A stretch of DNA of 64,000 bases, taken from an uncultured Terriglobales bacterium (GTDB lineage: Bacteria; Acidobacteriota; Terriglobia; Terriglobales; Acidobacteriaceae). The position numbers and the translations under genes are program-made. The notes under the pieces were generated by a model that was given only the letters and a program-made list of their open reading frames with translations, made no database searches and was not told the DNA's origin. The first letter of the stretch is position 1; each line of letters begins with the position of its first letter. The stretch is taken from NCBI GenBank assembly GCA_964476905.1, contig CAYZHX010000001.1, positions 16,712 through 80,711 on the forward strand, read 5' to 3'. This document shows, piece after piece, positions 1 through 9,787 of the stretch.

Positions 1-285
1 ATTGCTCCGATTTATCTGTTCGCCATGATTTTCGGCATTGGGCTGGGCGGGGATTACATGATCATTCCACTTATGACCGCCGAGATCTTCGGCGTGCAGA
101 TTCTCGGAAGGTTGCTGGGCGTCATCCTTACGGCGGACGGAATTGCCGAGGCGGTGTCGCCGTGGATCGTCGGCCACCTTCGCGATGTGAGAGGAACGTA
201 CTCCCCCGGATTCGCAGTTCTCATTGCAATCGCCTTGCTAGGAGCTTTTGTTGCGACTCTGCTTCCGCGGAGGCAGCCGGCATGA
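1..285 (+). CDS. MFS-type transporter, C-terminal fragment (gene begins left of window)
   Basis: Frame 1 is open from base 1 ([17 protein letters not shown]...). Two hydrophobic helices ([34 protein letters not shown]) resemble the last MFS helices. TGA 283-285 overlaps the next start (ATGA). Confidence 0.55.
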   Translation: MAPIYLFAMIFGIGLGGDYMIIPLMTAEIFGVQILGRLLGVILTADGIAEAVSPWIVGHLRDVRGTYSPGFAVLIAIALLGAFVATLLPRRQPA

Positions 286-1799
286 GCAATGCAATCGCTC
301 GTATCGCCGCGATGAAAGACGCTGAGCATTTCCGCGCTCACTTGCTGTCACTGGGCGTCAGCATTCCTTGCGACGACCGCGTGACAGCTGGTACTGGGTC
401 TCCGATCAGTCGCGAGTTAGTGCTAGGAGACATTAAGATCGGCAACCGCATTGCCGTTCAACCGATGGAAGGGTGGGATGGCACAGGAGACGGCAATCCG
501 AGTGAAAGCACGGTTCGGCGCTGGCGACGCTTTGGGCAGAGTGGCGCCAAGCTCATCTGGGGCGGCGAAGCCGTTGCTGTTTGCCATGCGGGACGCGCCA
601 ATCCGAATCAACTGCTGATCGCACCGCACACTCAAAATGAATTGGCTCAGCTTCGCAGTGTGCTGATCGAAGAACATCGACAGACCACCGGATCCGATGA
701 TGGACTGCTGATAGGCCTCCAGCTTACGCACTCAGGCCGCTTCTGCCGTCCAAATAGAAAAGATCGCGCTGAGCCTCGGATTCTTTATCGTCATCCCATT
801 TTGGATCGGCGCATGAGATTGCCTACTGAGTATCCTTTGCTGACCGATTCTGAGATTCAAGCCATCATCGAAGACTTTTTACGGGCAGCGAAGATTGTCC
901 GCGAGCTTGGTTTCGATTTTGTCGATATCAAGCACTGCCATGGATATCTCGGACACGAGTTTCTTAGCGCACGCGAGCGCGAAGGACAATATGGAGGCAG
1001 CTTCGAGAATCGCACACGCTTCCTTAAGGAGATTGTGCAAGGCATTCGCTCCGATGCTCCCGGATTGGGAATCGGTGTGCGGCTCTCCGCCTTCGACTTA
1101 ATTCCGTTTCGACCTGATCCCACGCAGTCGATGAAGGGAAAGCCCGGACCCGGAATTCCCGAAGATGCTGCTCTTCCTTATCGGTCCGGCTTCGGAGTGA
1201 ACGAGAACAGGCCCACGGAACCGGACCTCAGCGAGCCGGAAGGGTTCATTGCTCTCCTGCAGGATCTCGGAATCCGACTGGTGAACGTCACCGGAGGCAG
1301 TCCTTACTACAACCCGCACGTGCAGCGCCCAGCGTTGTATCCGCCGTCCGATGGATATCTCCCCCCGGAAGATCCTCTGGTGGGCGTTGCTCGGCAAATG
1401 GGCGTCACCCGCGAGCTGAAGCGTAAGTTTCCCAAAATGGTATTCATCGGATCGGCCTACAGTTATCTGCAGGATTTCCTGCCACACGTCGCGCAGGCTG
1501 CCATTCGTGAAGGTTGGGTCGATGCCGTCGGAATCGGGCGCATGGTGCTGAGCTATCCGGAGATCCTATGGGATGCGATGAACGGCGCTGCCACACAGCG
1601 CAAGCGCGTCTGCCGAACGTTCAGCGATTGCACGACAGCTCCCCGCAATGGATTGCCATCGGGCTGCTATCCGCTGGACCCTTTTTACAAAGAGTCGGAA
1701 GATGGAGCACGGCTTAGGACGATTAAGGCGCAAGCCGAGCGCAACCAGGCTGCACTCACGAATGCCGCGGCGGTTAAGGAAAGCGCAAATGGGAATTAA
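282..1799 (+). CDS. NADH:flavin oxidoreductase, Old Yellow Enzyme family (long form, about 505 aa)
   Basis: ORF 162-1799 trimmed to ATG 282 (MSNAIARI...), which overlaps the upstream stop as ATGA. OYE TIM-barrel signatures LQLTHSGRF and [16 protein letters not shown]-terminal Cys-containing extension (CRTFSDC...SGC). Confidence 0.75.
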   Translation: MSNAIARIAAMKDAEHFRAHLLSLGVSIPCDDRVTAGTGSPISRELVLGDIKIGNRIAVQPMEGWDGTGDGNPSESTVRRWRRFGQSGAKLIWGGEAVAVCHAGRANPNQLLIAPHTQNELAQLRSVLIEEHRQTTGSDDGLLIGLQLTHSGRFCRPNRKDRAEPRILYRHPILDRRMRLPTEYPLLTDSEIQAIIEDFLRAAKIVRELGFDFVDIKHCHGYLGHEFLSAREREGQYGGSFENRTRFLKEIVQGIRSDAPGLGIGVRLSAFDLIPFRPDPTQSMKGKPGPGIPEDAALPYRSGFGVNENRPTEPDLSEPEGFIALLQDLGIRLVNVTGGSPYYNPHVQRPALYPPSDGYLPPEDPLVGVARQMGVTRELKRKFPKMVFIGSAYSYLQDFLPHVAQAAIREGWVDAVGIGRMVLSYPEILWDAMNGAATQRKRVCRTFSDCTTAPRNGLPSGCYPLDPFYKESEDGARLRTIKAQAERNQAALTNAAAVKESANGN

Positions 1800-2769
1800 A
1801 AAGCTTCTATCGACGAAAAAACCGGGACGCAAGGTGCGCGGCATCGCTGCTGCGCTTCTGCCCTACACAGCGAGCGGCAAGATCGCGGTTGAGGCATTCC
1901 AGCGACATCTGATTGCCACTCATCACGCTGGCCTCACGAATGCAGTCAACATGGACACCGGCTACGTGAACTACCTCTCTGACTCCGAAATGGAACAGGT
2001 TCTTGGCTGGACGCGCGAGGCTCTCGGCCAAGGCGTCGGTTTCGTTGCCGGAGCTTACATCGAAGGCCGATCAGGCGATCTCGTCACTCTTTACCGCCGC
2101 ACAATGGATCGAATTGTCAGCTTCGGCGGCATTCCCATCTTGTTTCAGACGGCGCGCCTGCACGGGAAATCTGCTGTCGAAAAGATTTCGGCGTATCGGG
2201 ATATCTGCAATGGATATGACCAGGTACTCGGCTTTGAGCTGGGCGCGATGTTCGCTCCTAATGGCGAGATATATAACGACGAAGTAATCAAAGGCTTGCT
2301 TGATATTCCCGAAATGAAAGGCCTGAAACACTCTTCCCTTGATCGCCTGACGGAAATCAGGCGCCTTGCCCTACGCGATGAACGCCGCCCTGATTTTGCG
2401 ATCTACACCGGCAACGATGTCGGCATCGACATGATCGAGTACGGGTCTGACTATCTGCTGGGCCTCGCCACCTTCGTGCCAGAGAAATTTGCTGAGCGCG
2501 ACCGCCTATGGCAGTCCGGAGATCCGGCATACTACGAGCTGTCGGACGCATTGCAATATCTCGGCAACATTGCTTTTCGTGCTCCGGTGCCGGCGTATAA
2601 ACATTCGGCAGCTGTTTTTCTGCATTTAACTGGGCGAGTCCCAAGCGATCTGCCTCATCCACGAAGTCCGAGGCGCCCGAGTTGGGAGGCTGAGATCCTG
2701 AGGGACTGCGCCGCGCGACTTGGCGTTCTGGAGAGCGCGGCAAAGGAATACGCTGTGCGCGGTTCGTAA
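1789..2769 (+). CDS. dihydrodipicolinate synthase (DapA/NAL) family protein
   Basis: ORF 1648-2769 trimmed to ATG 1789 (MGIKKLL...), 11 nt overlap with the upstream gene. DHDPS-like N-terminus ([24 protein letters not shown]) and a Schiff-base lysine context ([10 protein letters not shown]). Confidence 0.6.
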   Translation: MGIKKLLSTKKPGRKVRGIAAALLPYTASGKIAVEAFQRHLIATHHAGLTNAVNMDTGYVNYLSDSEMEQVLGWTREALGQGVGFVAGAYIEGRSGDLVTLYRRTMDRIVSFGGIPILFQTARLHGKSAVEKISAYRDICNGYDQVLGFELGAMFAPNGEIYNDEVIKGLLDIPEMKGLKHSSLDRLTEIRRLALRDERRPDFAIYTGNDVGIDMIEYGSDYLLGLATFVPEKFAERDRLWQSGDPAYYELSDALQYLGNIAFRAPVPAYKHSAAVFLHLTGRVPSDLPHPRSPRRPSWEAEILRDCAARLGVLESAAKEYAVRGS

Positions 2770-2818
2770 GAGCTGAATCGTTGCGCTACCCTAGTCATCA
2801 ATAGCTCGGGGAAAAGTC

Positions 2819-4498
2819 ATGTCAACCGTACCCGCATTAAGCGCCCTCGACGCCAACACGCAAACATTCCCGGTTTTGACTTCTGCCCAAATCGAACGAG
2901 CTCGCTCGGCCGGCACCATTCGTCACGTAAAGAACGGAGAAGTGCTCTTCCGTCCCGGTGATGTCGGAATTCCAATGTTCGTTTTGCTCTCGGGCGGTAT
3001 GGAGATCTTGCAGCCTTCGTACTTAGGCGAACGGCTGATCACGACTCACTCTGCCCGTCACTTTACTGGCGAACTCAGCATGATCTCCGGGCAGCGCTGC
3101 CTGGTGCTGGGCCGGGTCACCGACGCCGGAGAATTTCTCGAAATTCCGGTGAACAATTTACGTGCGCTGATCGCACGAGACGCCGAGCTGAGCGAGCTGT
3201 TCATGCGCGCTTTCATTCTGCGTCGGCTCGCGCTGATCACGCACAAGCTGGGAAACGTCATTCTGCTGGGCTCACGCCACTCGGCTGAAACGCTGCACCT
3301 GCGCGAGTTCCTGGATCGCAACGGACATCCGCACACCTATGTCGATCTGGATCGGGATAAGGAATCGCAGCAGCTTCTCGACCACTTTGCGGTGAAGTTG
3401 GAAGACATTCCTCTGGTCATCTGTAATGGCCAGAATGTGCTTCGGAATCCTTCCACGCGTGAGTTGGCCGACTGTCTGGGACTAAACGCTAATCTCGACG
3501 ACGCGGAGGTCCGCGATGTGGTGATCGTCGGCGCAGGTCCTGCCGGACTGGGCGCCGCAGTATATGCCGCTTCGGAAGGACTGAATTCACTTCTGATCGA
3601 AACCGAGGCTCCCGGCGGGCAGGCCGGCTCAAGCTCCAAAATAGAAAACTATCTCGGGTTTCCAACCGGGATTTCGGGGCAGGAACTCGCCGCCCGGGCT
3701 CTGAATCAGGCGCAGAAATTCGGCGCGAGAATGTTGATCGCGCGCTCCGCAATCAAGCTCGATTGCGCGAAGCATCCGTACAAGCTCGTACTCGACGATG
3801 GAGCTGTCATCGCGACCCGCGCGATCATCATCGCGACCGGCGCACACTACAACAAGCCCGAGATCGAGAACCTTGAGAAGTTCGAGGGGCGCGGTGTCTA
3901 TTACGGCGCCACTCACATCGAGGCTCAGCTCTGCGCGGGTGACGATGCGGTTGTAGTCGGCGGCGGAAACTCAGCCGGTCAAGCTGCAATCTTCGTTTCG
4001 CAGATTGCCCGAAAGGTTTACATGCTGGTGCGCGCCAACGGACTCGCTGAGACCATGTCGCGGTATTTGATTCAACGCATTGCAGAGAATCCCAATATAG
4101 AACTGCTCTGCAATACAGAGATTACGCATCTTGCAGGCGCGACTGAGCTCGAACGAGTCACTTGGACCAACAATGTCACCGGCCAATCATCCACGCATCC
4201 AATTCGGCATGTATTCGTGATGACCGGAGCGTCTCCGCGAACTGATTGGCTTCGCGGCTGTGTATCCCTCGACGATAAAGGTTTCATTCTCACCGGGCGT
4301 GATCTCGAACCAGCGGGACACGGCTTTCCTTCCGCGTCGTGGCCGCTCGCGCGCGCTCCGCAGATGTTGGAAACGAGTTTGCCGGGAGTCTTCGCCGTCG
4401 GAGATGTCCGGTCGGGAAACGTGAAACGCGTTGCCTCTGCGGTTGGCGAAGGAGCCATTTCGGTTCACTTAGTCCATCGCACTTTGGCAGAACTTTAG
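2819..4498 (+). CDS. cyclic-nucleotide-binding domain fused to thioredoxin-reductase-like FAD/NAD(P) oxidoreductase (no CxxC)
   Basis: N-terminal cNMP-binding fold (FRPGDVGIPMFVLLSGGMEI ... FTGELSMISGQR). FAD motif VVIVGAGPAGLGAAVYAASEG, second dinucleotide motif VVVGGGNSAGQAA, C-terminal GVFAVGDV. The position of the TrxB CATC pair reads GATHIEAQLC. Confidence 0.8.
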   Translation: MSTVPALSALDANTQTFPVLTSAQIERARSAGTIRHVKNGEVLFRPGDVGIPMFVLLSGGMEILQPSYLGERLITTHSARHFTGELSMISGQRCLVLGRVTDAGEFLEIPVNNLRALIARDAELSELFMRAFILRRLALITHKLGNVILLGSRHSAETLHLREFLDRNGHPHTYVDLDRDKESQQLLDHFAVKLEDIPLVICNGQNVLRNPSTRELADCLGLNANLDDAEVRDVVIVGAGPAGLGAAVYAASEGLNSLLIETEAPGGQAGSSSKIENYLGFPTGISGQELAARALNQAQKFGARMLIARSAIKLDCAKHPYKLVLDDGAVIATRAIIIATGAHYNKPEIENLEKFEGRGVYYGATHIEAQLCAGDDAVVVGGGNSAGQAAIFVSQIARKVYMLVRANGLAETMSRYLIQRIAENPNIELLCNTEITHLAGATELERVTWTNNVTGQSSTHPIRHVFVMTGASPRTDWLRGCVSLDDKGFILTGRDLEPAGHGFPSASWPLARAPQMLETSLPGVFAVGDVRSGNVKRVASAVGEGAISVHLVHRTLAEL

Positions 4499-4530
4499 TC
4501 AACGAAACCAAGAATTCAGAAAGGCAAATT

Positions 4531-4815
4531 ATGCAGTGCAAACATACGAATGAAATCCACATGACGCAAACCGACAAGCACGTTTGTGAGGATTGCGTGA
4601 AGACGGGCGACACCTGGGTTCATCTGCGGCTTTGTCTCGAATGCGGCCATGTAGGCTGCTGCGACTCGTCGAAGAACAAGCACGCGACTAAACATTTCCA
4701 TCACACCAATCATCCGCTTATTCGCTCGATTGAGCCGGGCGAAGCATGGGTGTGGTGCTACGTCGATGAGATGGCGCCGGGAGAGATTCGCCACGGGTCG
4801 TTTGCTGCGGCATAA
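4531..4815 (+). CDS. UBP-type zinc-finger domain protein (94 aa)
   Basis: ORF 4339-4815 trimmed to ATG 4531, preceded by AGAAAGG. Cys/His pattern CEDC..WVHLRLCLECGHVGCC..KHATKHF..TNH..WCY is typical of ZnF-UBP. Confidence 0.75.
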   Translation: MQCKHTNEIHMTQTDKHVCEDCVKTGDTWVHLRLCLECGHVGCCDSSKNKHATKHFHHTNHPLIRSIEPGEAWVWCYVDEMAPGEIRHGSFAAA

Positions 4816-4875
4816 GAGCGTTAGCCGGGAACCGTAGGCACAGACATCGCGCGCTCATCTTGTACAATTTCGCGC

Positions 4876-7800
4876 GTGTCTATTCCAGCACGGTTTCTTT
4901 CTGCTCTTCTTCTCTCTTCATTTCTGATTTCGGCCGCTCACGGGCAACAACTCGATCAAAAGCTGTATCAGGGCTTGCGTTGGCGACTGGTAGGCCCATT
5001 TCGCGGCGGTCGAACGGTTTCTGTTGCCGGCATTCCCGGCAATCCAAACGTCTATTACTTCGGCGGTGTAGGCGGAGGCGTTTGGAAGACGACCAATGGC
5101 GGCATCACCTGGAATCCCATTTTCGATTCACAGAATGTCGGCTCGATCGGAGCGCTCGCGCTCGCGCCATCTGATCCGAACGTCATTTATGTCGGCACCG
5201 GCGAGCCTGACCTGCGCTCCGACCTTTCCACCGGCAACGGCATGTACAAGAGCACTGACGGCGGCGCGACCTGGGAGCATATTGGTTTAGAAGACTCGCG
5301 GCAGATCGCGCGTGTTGTTGTCGATCCGCATGACCCTAATGTCGTTCTGGTAGCAGCGGTCGGCCATGCTTACGGTCCCAATCCAGAACGCGGCGTCTTC
5401 AAGTCGACTGATGGTGGACGCACATGGACGAAAACGCTATTTCTGGATGAGAAGACAGGCGCCATCGATCTCACAGCCGATCCTGATAATCCGCATGTTC
5501 TCTATGCGGCGATGTGGCACGTCCAGCGTCAACCGTGGAGCCAGTATCCGCCGGACAACGGCAACGGGGCGATCTATCGCTCCAGCGACGAAGGCGAGAC
5601 TTGGGCAAAGCTGATCGGTGTTGGCCTTCCGGAAGGGGATTGGGGGCGCGTCGGAGTTCGTGTCGCGAATGGCACCGGAGGTCGGCGTCTGTATGCACTG
5701 ATCGACACTAAGGACCCAAAGCAGGCAGGCTTTTATCGATCCGATGATGGCGGCTTGAAGTGGTCCCGAATTGGCACTGACCCGCGCATACTCGGGCGGC
5801 TTTGGTACTTCGGTGAGATCGCCGTTGATCCAAAGAATCCCGATGTCGTGTATCTGCCTAATGTTTCTATCTATCGCACCACTAATGGTGGCAAGGATTG
5901 GGAGGCGATCAAAGGCGCGCCCGGCGGCGACGACTATCATGCTCTGTGGATCGATCCAACGAATCCCGAAGGCATGATCACCGGCAGCGATCAGGGCGCT
6001 ACCATCAGCGTGGATGCAGGCCAAAGCTGGAGTTCCTGGTACAACCAGCCGACGGCGCAGTTCTACCACGTAATCACCGACAACTCGTTTCCCTATCGCA
6101 TCTACGGCTCGCAGCAGGACAGCGGCACCGCCGCGATTCAGAACCGCAGCGACTACGGCTCGATCACATTCCGGAATTGGTACTCAGTTGGCTCTGGCGA
6201 GAGCGGATACATCGCCCCCGATCCAGCCGACGCAAACACGGTTTACGGTGGTGATCCGTACGGTCCAGTGTTACGCTTCGACCTCATCACGGGCCAGACG
6301 CAGGACGTCTCGCCTATACCTGTACAGGCGTTCGGCACCGAGATCTCGCAACGTAAGCTGCGCGCCACCTGGACCTCTCCCATTGTCATTTCGCCTCGGA
6401 CGCACGCGCTCTACTTTGGCTCGCAACATCTTCTTCGCTCTACGAATCGCGGCATGAGCTGGCAGCCGATTAGCCCTGACCTTACTGGCTACGAGCCGAA
6501 GAATCCACAATCGGGGCCGACAACGGTCAGCAATGCAAAAGTTCGTGGCTATGGCGTGATCTACTCAGTCGCTCCATCTCCGCTCGATGAAAACGTGATT
6601 TGGACGGGCAGTGACACAGGTGTGGTCTCGCTAACACGCGATGGTGGCAAAACATGGAACAACGTGACGCCTCCGGGGCTGAGCGACTGGAGCAAAATCA
6701 GCATGATCGATGCTGGTCATTTCGAAGCGGGAACCGCATACCTCGCGGTCGATCGCCATCGGCTGGACGATATGTCCCCGCGGATGTATCGCACGCACGA
6801 TTACGGAAAGACTTGGAAGAAGATTGTGAGTGGCATCTCGGCAGATGCCTTCGTACGTGCTGTACGTGAAGATCCGCTACAGGAGCATCGCAATCTCACA
6901 TTGCCGGGCACTGCTCGTCTATTGTTTGCTGCAACAGAAGGCGGCGTTTACTTTTCGATTGATGATGGTGAGAACTGGAGCACTCTACGGCTGAATATGC
7001 CCGCTGTCCCAATTCACGATTTGGTCATTAAGAATAACGATCTCGTCGTCGCGACTCATGGTCGCTCATTTTGGGTACTGGACGACATTTCTCCCCTTAG
7101 GCAGCTATATGGGTATATGGTCAGCAGCTCGCTTCACCATCGTGTTTTCGTTCCCAGCAGAACGATCCGCGTGCGACGAAGCGTAAACAACGACACTCCG
7201 TTACCACGTGAAGAGCCTCAGGGAGAGAATCCGCCGGCAGGAGCATTCATTTATTACTTCTTAGAACCGCAACTGCCTTTGACGGCTGGTGAGCAAGTCA
7301 CATTAGACATTTTGGATTCCTCCGGCCATGTCGTTCGTCGCTACTCCAGCAACGACCGGCCCGTCGCTCCACGCGTGCCGCCGCCGTTTCCCAACTACTG
7401 GCTCCCAAAACCGGAAATACTCTCGGCAGAACCAGGCATGCACCGGTTCGTTTGGGACTTGCGGTATGCGCCGCCTCGCGGAGGCGGAGGCTATGCAATG
7501 GCAGTTGCAAACCTCAAGACGGAACCTCTGCCGCAAGGACCGTTAGTCGTTCCCGGTTCCTATCGTGTGCGGCTCACGGTATCAGGCAAGAGCTACGAAC
7601 AGCCAGTGCAGGTCGTGCCTGATCCGAGAGTGAAGATCACGCAGCAGGTGTTCGTTCAGCAATTCAATCTTGCCAAGCGCATCTACGACGCCATGGAGCA
7701 CGCCGGTTTAGCTCTGCGGCAGATTGATCAACGCCGCGCTGAGCTGAAGCAGCAGCCCGATCCAGATCTCGATCGCAAGCTCGTTGAGCTTGCTGGCGCA

Positions 7801-8004
7801 GGACGTGGAGAGGAAGAGGAAGGCGCTCCCACACCGAGTGGAGTCACGCTACGCCAAGTCAGTATGTCACTTTCGCATTTGCTTGGAGTCGTCGAAAGCG
7901 CCGATGCTGCGCCAACGAAGCAGGCGGCGGAAGCTGCCCAAGATGCACTTAATCAGCTCGACACTCTCTTAGCTCAGGCGAGGACGCTCGGGGTTAAGCC
8001 CTGA
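4876..8004 (+). CDS. secreted BNR/Asp-box repeat protein (sortilin/VPS10-like beta-propeller)
   Basis: GTG start and signal peptide MSIPARFLSALLLSSFLISAAHG. Repeated S-x-D-G-G-x-T-W boxes (KSTDGGATW, KSTDGGRTW, RSSDEGETW, RSDDGGLKW, TTNGGKDW, TRDGGKTW, IDDGENW). Confidence 0.8.
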   Translation: MSIPARFLSALLLSSFLISAAHGQQLDQKLYQGLRWRLVGPFRGGRTVSVAGIPGNPNVYYFGGVGGGVWKTTNGGITWNPIFDSQNVGSIGALALAPSDPNVIYVGTGEPDLRSDLSTGNGMYKSTDGGATWEHIGLEDSRQIARVVVDPHDPNVVLVAAVGHAYGPNPERGVFKSTDGGRTWTKTLFLDEKTGAIDLTADPDNPHVLYAAMWHVQRQPWSQYPPDNGNGAIYRSSDEGETWAKLIGVGLPEGDWGRVGVRVANGTGGRRLYALIDTKDPKQAGFYRSDDGGLKWSRIGTDPRILGRLWYFGEIAVDPKNPDVVYLPNVSIYRTTNGGKDWEAIKGAPGGDDYHALWIDPTNPEGMITGSDQGATISVDAGQSWSSWYNQPTAQFYHVITDNSFPYRIYGSQQDSGTAAIQNRSDYGSITFRNWYSVGSGESGYIAPDPADANTVYGGDPYGPVLRFDLITGQTQDVSPIPVQAFGTEISQRKLRATWTSPIVISPRTHALYFGSQHLLRSTNRGMSWQPISPDLTGYEPKNPQSGPTTVSNAKVRGYGVIYSVAPSPLDENVIWTGSDTGVVSLTRDGGKTWNNVTPPGLSDWSKISMIDAGHFEAGTAYLAVDRHRLDDMSPRMYRTHDYGKTWKKIVSGISADAFVRAVREDPLQEHRNLTLPGTARLLFAATEGGVYFSIDDGENWSTLRLNMPAVPIHDLVIKNNDLVVATHGRSFWVLDDISPLRQLYGYMVSSSLHHRVFVPSRTIRVRRSVNNDTPLPREEPQGENPPAGAFIYYFLEPQLPLTAGEQVTLDILDSSGHVVRRYSSNDRPVAPRVPPPFPNYWLPKPEILSAEPGMHRFVWDLRYAPPRGGGGYAMAVANLKTEPLPQGPLVVPGSYRVRLTVSGKSYEQPVQVVPDPRVKITQQVFVQQFNLAKRIYDAMEHAGLALRQIDQRRAELKQQPDPDLDRKLVELAGAGRGEEEEGAPTPSGVTLRQVSMSLSHLLGVVESADAAPTKQAAEAAQDALNQLDTLLAQARTLGVKP

Positions 8005-8200
8005 CCGCGAGCACGGCTGAGCCAGTATCTCTCTGCCGGTTTCGATCATCTAGCACGGTAATAGCCAGCCTTTTGGATGGTTCGGCTTACAAAACGGGTA
8101 GGCGAAACTGTCGAGATCGCCGACGGTCACTCGCACAACGAGCTGCCAAGCGGCACCCCACCGGTGTGGATGTCCTTACGCTAGTGGTTAGAATTTCGAA

Positions 8201-9565
8201 GTGGATCTAGACGACACGATTGTGGCGGTCTCTACGCCTCCTGGGCGCGGCGGCATTGGGATAGTGCGCCTCAGCGGAGCAGACGCCCGACGCATAGTCG
8301 AGCCTCTGCTGCGCCTGAAACGGCCTCTCGAGGCAGGACGAGCAGTCTTTGGAGAATTGATCGACGCGGCCTCGGGTGAGCGTGTTGATGAAGTTGTGGT
8401 TACTTTCTTCGAAAAACCGCATTCCTACACCACCGAAGACGTGATCGAAATCTCTGCCCACGGAGCGCCAGTAGTCCTCGAGCACATCATAGAGCAGGCG
8501 GTGACCCGCGGCGCGCGCCTTGCTGAGCCGGGCGAGTTCACCATGCGCGGCTTTTTGCATGGCCGGATCGATCTTACACAGGCAGAGGCCGTCCGCGATC
8601 TTATTGAATCGCAAACGCTCTTTCAGGCGAAGGCGGCAGCGCAGCAACTGAAGGGTGCGCTTTCGCGACGAATTGCACCAATAAAGAAGAAGCTAGTCGA
8701 GTTGATCGCGCTGCTCGAAGCCGGTATCGATTTTGCCGAAGATGATGTGGGCGTTCCTCCCGACGAGCGGATACACGCTTTCATTAATGACATCCGACTG
8801 CCGCTCACCTCGCTCGCCGAGTCATTCGCATACGGGCGCATCGTGCATGACGGACTCACCCTCGCCATTGTCGGCCGCCCCAACGTCGGAAAATCGAGCC
8901 TCTTCAACCGGCTGGTCGAGCGTGAACGCGCTATTGTCACTGCCGTCCCCGGCACTACGCGCGACTTGGTAACGGAAACCGTTTCCCTTTCCGGGATCCC
9001 GATCAGGCTGGTCGATACTGCAGGAATCCGCGCTGCCACAGACGAAGCGGAGGAAATCGGCATCCGCAAGTCTTATGAGGCTGTAGCGGACGCGGACATC
9101 GTTCTTGTCGTCAGCGACCATACTTCCGCTCAGCATCCGCAAGAAGAACAACGCCTACTCGCTGCCACTGAAGGGCGAAAGAGAATCCTGGTGCGGAATA
9201 AAAGTGACCTCAGCTCTGAAACGGAACCCGTCGCTGGCGGCGATTACTCGCCACAGATTCGGACTTCAGCAATCTCGGGAGCAGGGATCGGGGAGCTGCG
9301 TGAGCGCATCGTCGCCGAAGCGGGCGGCGGTTCGCACGGACAACACGAGAGCGGCTTTGTTACAAATCTCCGGCAGGGAAAACTCATAGAAGATTCTCTG
9401 GCGGCCCTGTCCACGGCACAGCGCGCTGTTGCCAATCGCATTCCACACGAAATGCTCCTCATGGATCTGCATTCCGCTCTCGAATCGCTCGATGCTCTCA
9501 CTGGTCAAACTACCACACAGGACATCCTGAACTTGATCTTCAGCACGTTCTGTATTGGGAAATAA
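8201..9565 (+). CDS. mnmE: tRNA modification GTPase MnmE
   Basis: GTG start. G-domain motifs GRPNVGKSSLFN, DTAGIR, NKSDL. Characteristic C-terminal FCIGK. Confidence 0.95.
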   Translation: MDLDDTIVAVSTPPGRGGIGIVRLSGADARRIVEPLLRLKRPLEAGRAVFGELIDAASGERVDEVVVTFFEKPHSYTTEDVIEISAHGAPVVLEHIIEQAVTRGARLAEPGEFTMRGFLHGRIDLTQAEAVRDLIESQTLFQAKAAAQQLKGALSRRIAPIKKKLVELIALLEAGIDFAEDDVGVPPDERIHAFINDIRLPLTSLAESFAYGRIVHDGLTLAIVGRPNVGKSSLFNRLVERERAIVTAVPGTTRDLVTETVSLSGIPIRLVDTAGIRAATDEAEEIGIRKSYEAVADADIVLVVSDHTSAQHPQEEQRLLAATEGRKRILVRNKSDLSSETEPVAGGDYSPQIRTSAISGAGIGELRERIVAEAGGGSHGQHESGFVTNLRQGKLIEDSLAALSTAQRAVANRIPHEMLLMDLHSALESLDALTGQTTTQDILNLIFSTFCIGK

Positions 9566-9787
9566 TCAATGATGCTCTGCAAGGCACAAGAATTCCAAAC
9601 ACTTCTCATCCTTGAGGCTGGCCTTGCCAAGGATCTCCCAACAGAATGAGGATTTTGTTGGCGGACCGTTGGGCGTAACACACAGTTCCCTTTCGCGGTG
9701 GGCTAACCCGATTTCGAGCTACCGTCGTACATTCGTGCAAGTGGGCTAATATAGGCTTTCCTAAGCTTCAGGCGAGCAGGTTTCTCT

